Shown here: piece after piece, positions 38,721 through 50,400 of the stretch | Layout of the letters: each line of letters opens with the position of its first letter | Position numbering within the stretch: the first letter of the stretch is position 1 | Origin: Azolla caroliniana | Taxonomy: Eukaryota; Plantae; Polypodiophyta | Length of the DNA: 64,000 nt | Assembly: GCA_043228905.1 (NCBI GenBank) | Contig: JBHGNT010000001.1 | Coordinates: 18,352,001 to 18,416,000 of the forward strand | Direction: 5' to 3' | The notes under the pieces: generated by a model | Told to the model about the DNA's origin: nothing | The model's input: the letters and a program-made list of their open reading frames with translations, nothing else | Databases searched by the model: none | Program-made: the position numbers and the translations under genes

Positions 38721-39294
38721 GAGTGATGTAAGGTATATTGGTTACAACGAAAGGGTAGAACATGTAGTGAGTGAATAGAAATGTCGGCTACAATGTAGTC
38801 CTGCGCATTGGAAAGGAAATACTAAGATTATGAAAAAATGCCGGCTATCGAAAGTAGTTCCATGCATACATACATACTAAAAGAGACAAAAGGGAATGCA
38901 TGGTGTCGAATGTAGTCCCATGCTTACATTGAAAAGATGTGAGGAAGGGAGAAATAGGATGTTGAAGGCGTGTACGGGATGTCGAGAGCGCGAGGGAACT
39001 CATCATGAACGAAGGCTCGAAGGGTGTCGATGTTCATCCATTATGGTTTCCTATCTCCGATCCGTGGAGCTCCATATAAATATGTTTGGTTTAGGGTTGG
39101 TCAACCATTAAGTCATAAACAAGGAGTGCGGAATGGTGTGCCATCGGTGTATAGCGTGGAGAGGGAGGAGCTTAAAATTAAAACGGGAGAAAGATACTAA
39201 TGATGATTAGAAAAAAATAAATACTACTACACTAACATTATGAGAGAGAGAGAGAGAGAGAGTGTGTGTGTGTGTGTGTGTGTGCACAATGGTA

Positions 39295-40030
39295 CAATAG
39301 CAATGGGTTAGGGGGGGGCCCATTGCTATCAAGAGTGGACACACTCCGTATTCGAGCGGTATACCGACCCGCACTCCTTGCAAAGCCGTAAGGCAAACCT
39401 TAAATGTGATGCTAATATACTATGGAGGGATCACACCTAAGCATAGAACCCGCCGTCATGAGGTGATTGCTAATCACGGACCTCTAGTGGTTGCGTAGTT
39501 CACGCTTGTAACTGGTGTGATGTTTGCAATCGGTATACCATCCACTTTCGGTGACCTCCAACGACTTGTTGGGGATCAATGTGTAGCACATTCCTACCTA
39601 CCTTGGCAACTCATATGCCATGAGTTTTGTGGTTGTTTGGATGCTTCAGGCATTGCAAGTTCAGTGTGCTTGAGCCGGAATAGTACTCGGATAGGTGACC
39701 TCTCGGGAAGTTTTGGTTACATCTACGATAGTAATGGGTTCGGGGGGGCCCATTGCTATCAAGAGTAGAGATGCTCTTTATTCGAGTGGTATACCGACCT
39801 ACACTCCTTGCAAAGCCGTAGGGACAACCTTCAAGGAAAAGAACCCTTCAGATGTATGTGGTGCGATAACGCGAACCACATAAGAAGGGATTGTGCAATC
39901 CTTCGTGAGGAGCCCCCCCGGGAATTCCTGGTTACATCTACGGTAGTAATGGGTTCAGGGGGCTCATTGCTATCAAGAGTGGACACGGTTTGTATTCGAG
40001 CGGTATATCGACCTGCACTTCTTGCAAAGA
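39295..40030 (+). repeat. Three copies of a ~110-125-bp hairpin-containing repeat
   Basis: TAG(C/T)AATGGG..GGGGCCCATTGCTATCAAGAGT..TATTCGAG..ATACCGACC..CTTGCAAAG at ~39295, ~39705, ~39918. Confidence 0.8.
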
Positions 40031-42250
40031 TAAAAAGGAAAAACCTAAATGGTTGAAGATAGAACAAACGACATAGTCATGTGACCTTGTTCTTCAGGGA
40101 ATTGCTCAGCATTACAAAAAAGGAGTTCCATGATACAATCCTGGACCTCGTAAAGAGAAAAAGGAAACAGTCAGACGAGGAAGAAGAGAAACCACAAAAA
40201 ACAAAAGCAAATGCCATAATGATGGCAAGGGACAAAGTCAATGAAGATATGGTGGACAACCACTGAACTCGGCCTCATTGGGCACAAGAGACAACACAGA
40301 CACTAGTAAAGTTTGGAGAAAGAAAAGAAACTAATAGACTAGGCGTCTGATATCAGTCTTATGTCGACTGAGGTCTCCAAAAAGGGAAGATGGCCCATAA
40401 ATACGAATCATGGGTGGAAGATTCATGCAGCAAAGAAACCTACTAAAGACTTGTATGGTGCATGTCCTAGTATCCCTATCACGATTGGCGATGTTGAGAT
40501 AGTTCAACATTTTTTTTGTTCAAGACTCGACATCTCATCCTATTATTCTAGGAGAATTGTACATAACATCGTCCCGAATGGAAACCAAAGTGGCCGACAA
40601 TGGTGTGGCATCTGCTTGAGTAAGAAGTCTTGACGGGAAGAAGGTCGTACAGTTCTTGATTGTACATGCCAAACACGAAAGGAACCGGGATAGTCTCAGA
40701 GAAGTTTCTTTGGAGTTTTAGGTCGGGTTGTTTGCGAGCGAGGTGCGAATAGTCCAAACAAGCAAATGCCCACAAGGAAGAAAGTTCACGAATTTATGGA
40801 AGGAGGGTTATACGTAGCCTCTAATGGAGTGTGCAAAATAAGCACATTTGACAAAGAAGAGAAGTCTTGAATCCAAAGCTTCGAGGAAGCATTATAAGAA
40901 GAACAAATAATGGAAGGCGATGAAAGCATCAAATGGGTTATGGAGGAAGCCTCATTTAATGACACCATTGGTGAAATGGAGAATATTGTGGACTTGAGCC
41001 CTCATAACCAACAAATAATTCAGATAAAATCCATTGAAATGTACATTGCCATCAATGAGTATGAAAGAAGTATCATGGCTGAGATGGTCAAAGTTAACAC
41101 AAAATACAAAATGATGGACAAGAAAATAAAGCCTGTTGCTATTCTACTAATTGAGGATATCTGGCACAGAATGAAGGAAGTTGCACAAGACCCAAGCCTA
41201 AGGGATCAGAGAGGAATCAGACATAGCTTCACTAAAGAGACAAGAGAGAAGGTTCGTGTCAGGAAAGATGAATTTCTCTTGCCAGAAGAAGAAGTCACAT
41301 TTCGGGAAATGCTCGAAAGACATGGGAAAGGATTTGCATTCTATCCAAACGAAATCGGATGCACAGATCCAAGGATAATAGAACCAATGGTGATATTCAC
41401 AATACCACATGTGCTGTGGAACCCGAAGCCGATACCAGTCCCAAGAGCACACATCCCAAGAAGGTTGAGATAGGAATTATGGAACCATTGAATGATCCTT
41501 ACTCAAATAGGTGGTTCATTGTACCAAAGAAGAATGGGACCTTAAGGTTCATACAAGATCTTCAACCGGTGAATAAGGTGACGATCCACAATGTTGGAAT
41601 CAGTCCAAGTATCAATGAGTTCGTAGAACCATTTGCGGGAAGGTTCATTTATTCTATTGGTGATCCTACTGAGGCTACGATCAGTTTCAACTAGCAATCG
41701 ACAACAGAGACAACACAACGATGAGGACCCCGATGGGATTGGCATGAATGTGCACCTTATCTCAAGGTGCAACCAACCCTATAGTCTCACACATGGTAAA
41801 TACGATGAATAACGTGCTAAGAGATTGCATTCCCAAGATAACGATGCCATTTTTGGATGAGATATCAATCAAGGGTTCTTTGGAAGAAAAAAAAGATGAA
41901 TGAAAGGATGAGGCTGGGTGTCCAAGATTTGTGATAGGCCACATTAAAGATTGTGAGAAGGTATTGCAGAAACTAGAAGATGAAAACCTTACGCTTTCAG
42001 GAGAGAAGTCTTCATTTGGGCAACCAAAAGTATTGGTAGTAGGACACTTGTGCGGACCATATGGACGGAAACCATCTCCAACCAAAGTGGACGTTATCCA
42101 AGAGATGAAGGAAGAATGTATATCCCAAATAGAGGTGGGATGATTCTTGGGAGCATGTGCCTTTTATCATATCGGGATTTTGCACTATGCTCATGTCGTT
42201 GAGCCATTATATGGATTGCTAAAGAAAAGGAAGAAGTTCAAATGGCGAGA
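39815..42250 (+). pseudogene. Element J: old C-family gypsy relic (gag pieces, PR, RT), cut by H
   Basis: RCMWCDNANHIRRDC; VNTKYK; EPMVIFTIPHV; PFLDEISIKG; GHLCGPYGRKPSP. Confidence 0.85.
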
Positions 42251-44390
42251 TGTAAAAGAATTAGTGTGCGTAAGCATGTGCGTAAACACAAAGTACACAG
42301 TTTGGAAATAAGACAGTTCGGTAAATGCAGAAAACACAGAGATGGAGATGGAGATGGAGAGACAGAGAGAGCGTAGACAACTCAGTTCTATTTCAAAATA
42401 ATGACACTCTGTACATTCTTCGTGCTCAGTGAGCACCTTTTATACAAGCCCTGACTATCGGGCTGACACAAGTACTGACAATACTTGACTGCTCATAAAT
42501 GAGCCTACTACACTAACTCCCAAAATTATTCTTTACGAGGAATACCATAGTAACGGCCTTTTGGTTTACGCACCAATACGACCACGTTATACGCACTGGG
42601 TTACGCACCGTATTACACACCCAATGTTGAGCTTGTCACTCAACACTCCCCCTCAACCTCAACTTGAGGTTCTGTCTGCTCTTCCGGATTTATGCTCTGG
42701 TTCCTTCTGGCTTCACGCCTCGCTCGCGCTCCTCGACCCATTCAATTTCGCGCGCTTCGACCCTTCCGGTCGGCTTGTTTGCTCGTTCGGCCCCTCTCAG
42801 CTCCCTTGTTATCACGGTGTTGGCACGTCCTTTGCTACCCTTTTTCTTGCTTGGCCCTTAGTCGATTCGTAATAACCGAATCGAACATTTTGATTGAATC
42901 GGTCTCTTCCGATTCAATTCCACTTACATCCGAATTGGTTGTCTCCAATTCGTCTTCCGTCTTTAGGCCTTTGGCAATGTCAGACCAGGTCTTGGTCTTG
43001 GCCTTACCTCCCCTTGATTTGGCTATCCTCGGCTCTTCCCTACGATTACGGCCCTTGCTCATCACGGTTACTTCCGCCGCGATGAACACCTCCACTCCTT
43101 TCACGCTCTTGTTCCTGTTCTTCCTTTCTCCCCCTCAAGTTTGGCATGTCGAGGTGATGCAACCCTAGCTCACCTGAGAAATGCCGTAACTTGTTGAGAC
43201 CAAGAGGCTTAGTGAAGATGTCAGCAACCTACCGATCTGTCGGAACATACGGTAGTTCGATTTCACCTGAAAGAACCCGCTCACGAACAAAATGGTAATG
43301 CACCTCAATGTGCTTGGTCCGGGCGTGGAATACATGGTTTTTCGCAAGGTGGATGCTGCTGAGGTTGTCACAATAGATAATCGTCGGATAAGACACCTCT
43401 ACATGCAGATCCCATAATAGTCGTTTCAGCCAAATGACTTCGCACGTAGCAACAATCGCCCTTCGATATTCGGCCTCCGTGCTCGATAGTGCCACTATCG
43501 GTTGCTTTTTGCTGCTCCACGCGATCGCCACAGTTCCTAATGAGAAGGCGTATCCGGATGTGGATCTACGATCACTGGCGTTTGCGGCCCAATCGGCATC
43601 CTTGTAGCCAACCATTTGGCTACGCCTGCCCAATACAACAACGCCATGTCTTTCGTGTCGCTGACATATCGCAATATCTTTTGCGCGCATTGACAGTGTT
43701 CGGACGTAGGCTGCGACATAAGTTGACTGATTAAGCCGACCGGGTAGCTGAGATCCGGTAGAGTAATCGTCAAATAGATGAGGCTTCCAACAATTTGTCG
43801 AAACCATGTTGGGTCACACGCCTTTCCCAAATCTCGACGAAGCTTTACGTTCCTATCCAGAGGGGTAGAGATGGGCTTACAATTTGCCATCCCGAACTTG
43901 AAGAGCTTATTTAGCGTGTAATGAAGCTGACTGATCAATATGCCCTTGAGGGTGTGATGTTAATTCTTAGGGCCGGACAATGGCCTAACACAGGGTGTCT
44001 ACGGAAGACACTTCACCAAAGGGGTGTTACGGCGAGATAACTTAAGACACAATGATTAATCAGACTTAATTAGCTACTTAGCAATATAGCATTAACTTAA
44101 TACACGCGTAAGATATAACAATAAATACAGAACGGTAATCAATATGTGAAGATAAAACAAGAAGCTTATATTAATTCTCCGTTAAAGTTTTACATTGTAA
44201 CCAGGCCTTTATATACGTCACCGCTGCTGCGTACAAAACGGTGCCAACCGGCACCTGTTCGGAACCGATCCGGATCCGGATCGGCATACCGATTCCGGTC
44301 CGTCCATTCACTACTTAATTATAATCTATTCCGAATAACCATTCCCTTTCACATTCTGGCCTTTAACTCTTTTGTCGGTCGGGTAACACA

Positions 44391-44407
44391 TGGCACGCCC
44401 GTGGGAC
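44391..44407 (+). promoter_or_regulatory. tRNA-Arg-type PBS, antisense to the coding strand of I
   Basis: ...GGGTAACA-CA-TGGCACGCCCGTGGGAC; complementary to tRNA-Arg(UCU) 3' end GTCCCACCGGGCGTGCCA (recalled) with a 1-nt gap. Confidence 0.8.
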
Positions 44408-44441
44408 AGTACCTTGTACGTTGAATCCCACTATCCAGCCC

Positions 44442-47400
44442 TTAGCCGTCATCCAAGATATCCAAAATACTCTGCTCCAAGGTGTCCAATTGTTCTTCGG
44501 AACTCTGTTGTTGTTGTTGAGGCTGTGGCTATTGTGGCTATTGTGGCTACTGCTGTTGTGGCTGTTGTTGTTGTTGTTGTGGCTGTGGCTACTGCTGTGT
44601 CTGATTGGCTCCCGGTACCACCGGTTGTGGTGGTACCTCCTCCGTCAGCTACTTTGCCGGAATTGACTCTGATTGACTCGTCCCAGCCTTGTCTCCGTCC
44701 GGTCCTTACCCCAATGATGGCTCCTCATCCCTGAGGTTGACGGTTGCCGCTTGCTTTGCTTCTTCTCTCCGTAGCCTGGTCCACTCATAGCTTTCAAACT
44801 GGATTTGAGCATCCAGTCGATCATCGTCTAGCTGTGCTACCAGTTGCCAGACCACTACTGACTGTTCCTCCACCAGAGTTACAAAATCTTCTTCTAACTC
44901 ATCTCTTAAAATGGTGAAGTCCTCTTTTGTTAGCATGTAGCAGTCGTTACCATCCTTCTGCCGGTTTTCCGCGTCCGCCCTTAGCAACTGGAGCTCGACT
45001 GTGTGCTTTCCCCATTGTCCCACCATTGCGCGGAGCTTTCGTCAATCAAGCATTTGGTCTTGTTCCTCCATGCCTAGACAATGAATTGGATCCGCTCCAA
45101 TCCTATCTTCGATTTGTCCTCCGCGGCTTGCCGTTCATCCTTAAATTGCTTGATTAGCGCCACCATATCCGCTTCCTGCTCCCGGTAATGTGACAATTGG
45201 TTTTGATAGGTGTTCTGCAACCTCTGCAATACCATTGTCACTCTTTCCTTCTCTTCATAATGCTTCTTATGGAGCTCCATACGTTCTTGCGCGACTTCCT
45301 CTAGCAGCGTGGTTCTTTCAGCCCGTTCCTCCGTTAGCGCCATCTCAGCTCAATGCACCTCCTACCGGAGCTCTGCCATCTTCTCCTGCAGTTTCTTATG
45401 CTCCGTATCCAAGTGCTTGTAGTCCTAGTGCAGGTGTTCAAAATCATCGGTCTTCTGCTTCAGCTTCTGGTTGAGTTGCTGGTGAGCGCGGTCTTCCTGA
45501 TCCTTCTATTGACGGTGTTCTTCTTTAAGTCTTTCGATCTCTGTTTCCGCCATCTGTCGCAGCTTCTCCTTTTCTTGCAACACCTTCTCTTTCTCCTCCT
45601 TCAGCCGGTCATATGCCTGATGTCCTTTCCGTAGATTCTCTTCGGCTTGGCGGAGGTTCTCAACAGTCTTTCCTTCCTCTTCTTCTGCCGCTTTCTTCAA
45701 GTCCCGTTCTCGGGTCCGTAATGCTTCTTGTGCAGCCAATTCATCTTTCAATTCAGCAAGCTCTTTTCCTTGCGCCGCCACTATCGCCGAGACTGGTTCC
45801 GTCTCCGGGGTCTTATTGCTATGTACAGGTGCCAATGTTTCTTTATTCTGTACATCTACCGGAGTCACCGGTGCTTGGAGTTGTGGTCCGGTTAAGGCTA
45901 GTTTGGCCAATTCTTCTGTGGCCAGGTCCAAGTCTTGTTCTAGGCTCCAGATCCTTGACCGGGCTATCTCTAGTTCTCCAGTTGTGATGAGCAACCGGTC
46001 CATCTGCGCTTTCTCTTCCGCCTCTGTGTAGTGCACCACTCCAACAATTTGTTCTCCAATCCACCAGAGCCATTGGCTGTCGGTGCCCTATTGTTGCGTC
46101 TGCCCGGAGGGTTGGCTATTGGTGTCGCTGGCCAGTGGTCGGTTTTGTCAAGTTGCGTCGAGCTGCAACTCTGTCTCTGGTTGGTGACCACTTTGTCATT
46201 CTGGTTCAACTTGTGGCTCCATTGGCCGCTTCGCCTCTGATTGCTCTTGACCTGTCGATGGGGTAGGCAACTGTACTTCCGGCGCTTGCATTTCGAGTCT
46301 TGCCGTATCCTGACCCGCTAGTATAGTTTGTTGTGTAGGGAGCTTTGTGACCGGTTCTGTCTGAACCGGTTCCGGTTCCATCCTTGGTGCGGGATGCTCA
46401 GTGCAGGGTAGAGGCGTTCCATCCTTCCTTGGGTCCGACCGCTCCCCGGCCTGTTCGGAGGTGCTTGCCTTCTGGCGCCGCTGGAGGTGCTCTAACGGTT
46501 CCTCCTCCGCTTCCTCCTCCTGAGTGCTGATGTTGATTTTTGCTGCCAAGGGGTCCGGCTCTTGTTGAACCGGTCGGTGAAGTCTGATCTTGATGGCCTG
46601 TGCCGGTGGCTCCTCCTGTGTTTCCGCCTGTCGCTTCCTATTTGCGCACTCCTTTGCCGCCTAGTCCGTGTCGACCGCCTTCCCTTTGGTTTCCTTAGAG
46701 GCCAACAACTACTATCGTTTCGAGGCTGTTTCCGAGGTGCCTTCAGTTGTTCTTCCCCGCTTTGTGGTCTTGACGGGCTCGATAGGTGGCGCCAATAGGG
46801 TGAGCCATTGCGCCACTGCCGTCCATATCTTCCGACCCTCCTTGCCTCTTACAGAGTCGATGGCCGCACAAAGGCCATCTGCAATCAGTACCGGCCAGTC
46901 CACCTTCACGCCTTCATATGTTGCTATGATTAAGTCGGCCCGATTCTGAGGCATGCACGGGGGTCAAGGGTATACGTGTCCAAATTCCTGGAGCACACGG
47001 GTAGTCTCTCGAAAGAGTGGATCTTCGCCGCCCTGTGTCCGGTAGGCCTTGCTGGCCAAAGAGTATTCCCCAAAATATTTTCGGAGTTGCTCCAAGGTAG
47101 GGTTGTTGATAGTGAAGATGCCCCCTTCCGAAAGGCCAATCAAAGCATGGATGGCCTCCTCTGTGATAAGTTCCGTGTCGATCTCCTTTACTATCTTCTC
47201 CGCCTCCCGGTGCGGTGGAGCCTCCATGATTGTGAGGAAACCTTCTAACCCGTGTTGCCTTAGCCACTTCTTGGCTGCATTAGAGAGTGCTTGGCAGTCC
47301 ATGGCTTCTTCGAGGTCGGTGAGCGCTGGTAAGGGGTGTGTTTGAGGAGGCTCTGTGTGCATGGGCTCGCGTCTGATGATCTTCAATCGCCTGTGCTCGT

Positions 47401-47461
47401 TTGTGCTCCTCTATTCGCGAAATGTGAAGGCTTCCACGCGGTGGGAGTTTTCTTGCTGCAT
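44442..47461 (-). pseudogene. I additional ORF (~1000 codons; conserved N-terminal domain, coiled coil, Q/P-rich tail)
   Basis: ORF pieces 46964-47386, 46712-46954, 46196-46549, 45506-46039 and 45074-45343 share one frame with ATG 47461; ends SILDILDDG*. Confidence 0.8.
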
Positions 47462-50400
47462 GTTGCCGCCTTTTATCTGACTCATGCGTGTGCACGTCGT
47501 GTACTAAAATATAATGACGTGCCATGTGGCGGCGGTTTAATATCCTATTAATAGCCCACTACGTACCTTTTCAAAGTGCCTGTTCACTCCTTGTTCTTGC
47601 ATGTGTCCGTTCACCCCTCGCCCTTGCATGATTTACTTTGATTTGATTTGATTTTCTTTTTCTTTTTCTTTTTTCAATAAAAATGGTTTGGTTAATTCGC
47701 ATCCGGTCCCACTGGACCCCTATCCAGGTTGTGGGACTTGCCGGCCACTGAACTGCTTGCCGTCGCGTCATTCTTGTCGTTTGCCGAATCGTGCTCCCTC
47801 TTACCGGCTTCGTGCTTTCCGATTGCTGAACGTGTTGTCGTCCCTTCCGACTTACCGGTGTCCAATTCTGTGTCGGACTTTACTTGTTCAAATGGGTTTC
47901 TTGGCATGGGTTCATTGTATGGTTTGAGTCGGAACCCATTGACCCATTTGCCCAGAACCTCGCCGACGAGTGTCCCTAACTGGTAGGAACCGTTGAACTC
48001 ACGCGTAATCCAGTATGGTCAGGTCCACCGAAACCGTAGCTTCCCCAGCATCTTACCCATCCGGGTCTGGAATACTAGTATCGGCTTACCGATTCCGAAC
48101 ATATTTTCATTTCCTTTTCGGTGACGGTCCACAAACGCTTTCCTTCGCCGTTGCTCAAGTTCTGGGTGCATGATGCTGGCTAGCCGGTGTTCTTCCAATT
48201 CGCACAACGCGGCTAACGGGATCGCTTCTGATCCTTCTCATTTAGGCGTTCCCGAATCTGTATTTGTAAACTCAGTAATTGGAACTCGACCGGCATCACT
48301 GCTTCCAATCCGAATGCTAGGAGAAATGGTGTTGTGCGGATACTTATCTTATATGCCGTTTGATAGGCCTAGAGTGCACTGTGTAGCTTTGTATCCCAAT
48401 CCGTCCGGTTCTCATTGACGATATTTCGAAGGATGTTCTGTAGTGTTTTATTTGTTGACTCGGCTAATCCGTTGGCTTGCGGATAATAGGGAGTGCTCCG
48501 TTTGTGCACCACCGCATTGAATGTCGTCAAACTTTCTACTACTTGCCCTAAAAAGTGACCACCTTGGTCACTTAATTATAATCTATTCCGAATAACCATT
48601 CCCTTTCACATTTTGGTCTTTAACTCTTTTGTTGGCTAGGTAGCATGCGGATCACTTCGATCCTGAGGAAGTAATGAAGGTCTCCAAGATCTTTCATGTT
48701 GAATGATGCCGCAAGCTGAGACTTTATGCGGTGGATTTTGTCCAGGTTGGCACCGCCGATGACTAAATCATCAACATAAAGTAGAAGACTTACCGGTCCA
48801 TATTGACCTTGCCGAACAAATAGTGAAGAGTCCGATTTGGACGTCATAAACCCCATCCTATGCAACTGTTGCGTAATCTTCGCATTCTAGGCTCGCAGGG
48901 CTTGCTTAAGTCCATAGAGTGACTTATTCAGTCGGCAAATTGCCGAGGTGTTTTGTTCGGATAGAAATCTGGGGGGTTGTACCATGTAGACCTGTTCCTC
49001 AAGATCACCTTGCATGAACGTGTTCTTTACATCCATCTTATGTAAGTGCCACCCCTTTGCCGCAGCTACGGCTAGTAGAACACGCACGATAGTCATCTTT
49101 GCGACAACGCGAAGGTCTCGTCGTAGTCCACGTTGTGCTTCTGCATGTAGCCTTCTGCCAGTAAGCGGGTTTTGTATCAATTGACTGAGCCGTCGGTATT
49201 GTATTTCACTTTATACACCCACCTACATCCGATTAGCTTTACACACTTCGGTGTGTCAACCAAGTCCCAAGTCTCATTATCAGTCAAAACGCGCATCTCT
49301 TCCTCCATCATGGCACGCAAGTTCGCGTCTTTCATCGCTTCTGCGTAGCTCTCCAGCTCACGCACTTCCGTCACTCGCGTCATGTATGCATAATGGTGCG
49401 CTATGTACTCATTATATCCATATCTTTTTACGGGGTTCTTGAGGCAGGTAGATCAGTGTAATTTGTGATTACCTGATGTCATGACCTTTTCGGCTACTAT
49501 CGACCTCTTCCATGGAGGTTCCTTTTCAGTTTCCCCGTAGTCAAACTCGCTCCGATCTGACTCAGCACTACCGAAGTCGTATTCCGACATTTTCTTCTTG
49601 CCCTTCTCTTTAAGTGTAAACCGTCTCCTCGATTCTTTATGCGGGGACATCACAACCGAGTCTCCACTACTCGTTGTCTCTTCAATAGGTTCGTCATTTC
49701 GGCTCAACCCTTCATTCGGCCCACTTAGCCGAAATGAGATCAGACTCTCTCTCAGAGCTCCGATTTCCTCATCATGCAGAGGCATCTCAGCCTCGCTGAC
49801 TTCTTCATCCGAATTCAGAATGGAGTCGTGAGATATTGGAGGTGAAGGCAAGTACCACGAAGCATATTCGTTGAACACGACATCTCGACTTACGCGTACT
49901 TCCTTTGTTCGGGGGGTTATAACATTTATACCCCTTTTGCTTGTCTGGATAGCTGACTAAGATGCACGTTTCGGCTTTGATATCCAGCTTCCTCCTCTTT
50001 TCCTTTGGTACATGCACATATGCAATGCTACCGAAAATCCTGAAGTTCGGCTTTTTCCCGAAATACAGCTCATGTGGCGACACTCCTCCATTAACAGAAG
50101 TCTGATTCTACATGTAGACAACCCTCCTCACGGCTTTAGCCCAATAGAATTTCGGCATATGCTTCTCTTCAAGCATTGCCCTAGCCGCTTCTTCCGCTTG
50201 GCCATGCCGTTCTTCTGCGGTGTGTATCTACACGAGAATTCGCGTCGAATTCCCTCCTTCTATAGATAACTTGTGAACTGCTCGAAGAAGTACTCCTTCC
50301 TGCCATCAGACCGTAGGCATTTCATCTTACGCCCTGTTTCCCTTTCCGCAAGGCTCTTCACCTTCAGGAAACATGCAAAGACTTCCCTCTTCTTCGTGAT

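Larger units (their letters stand above)
43958..48645 (-). mobile_element. Element I: internally deleted gypsy element of the X family, inserted in H RT
   Basis: LTR 43958-44388; ~75-bp remnant of the other LTR 48570-48645; decayed TSD TGTGA/TGCGG; minus-strand INT (SDQGGHF...NGLAESTNKT; FQTRMGKMLGKLRFRWT) and extra ORF. Confidence 0.88.

Noticed and set aside
43958-48645. Reading element I as an ordinary plus-strand element (LTR, PBS, gag)
   Set aside because: No plus-strand gag/pol follows the PBS. INT, the extra ORF and the LTR TATA are on the minus strand, and X shows the same arrangement.
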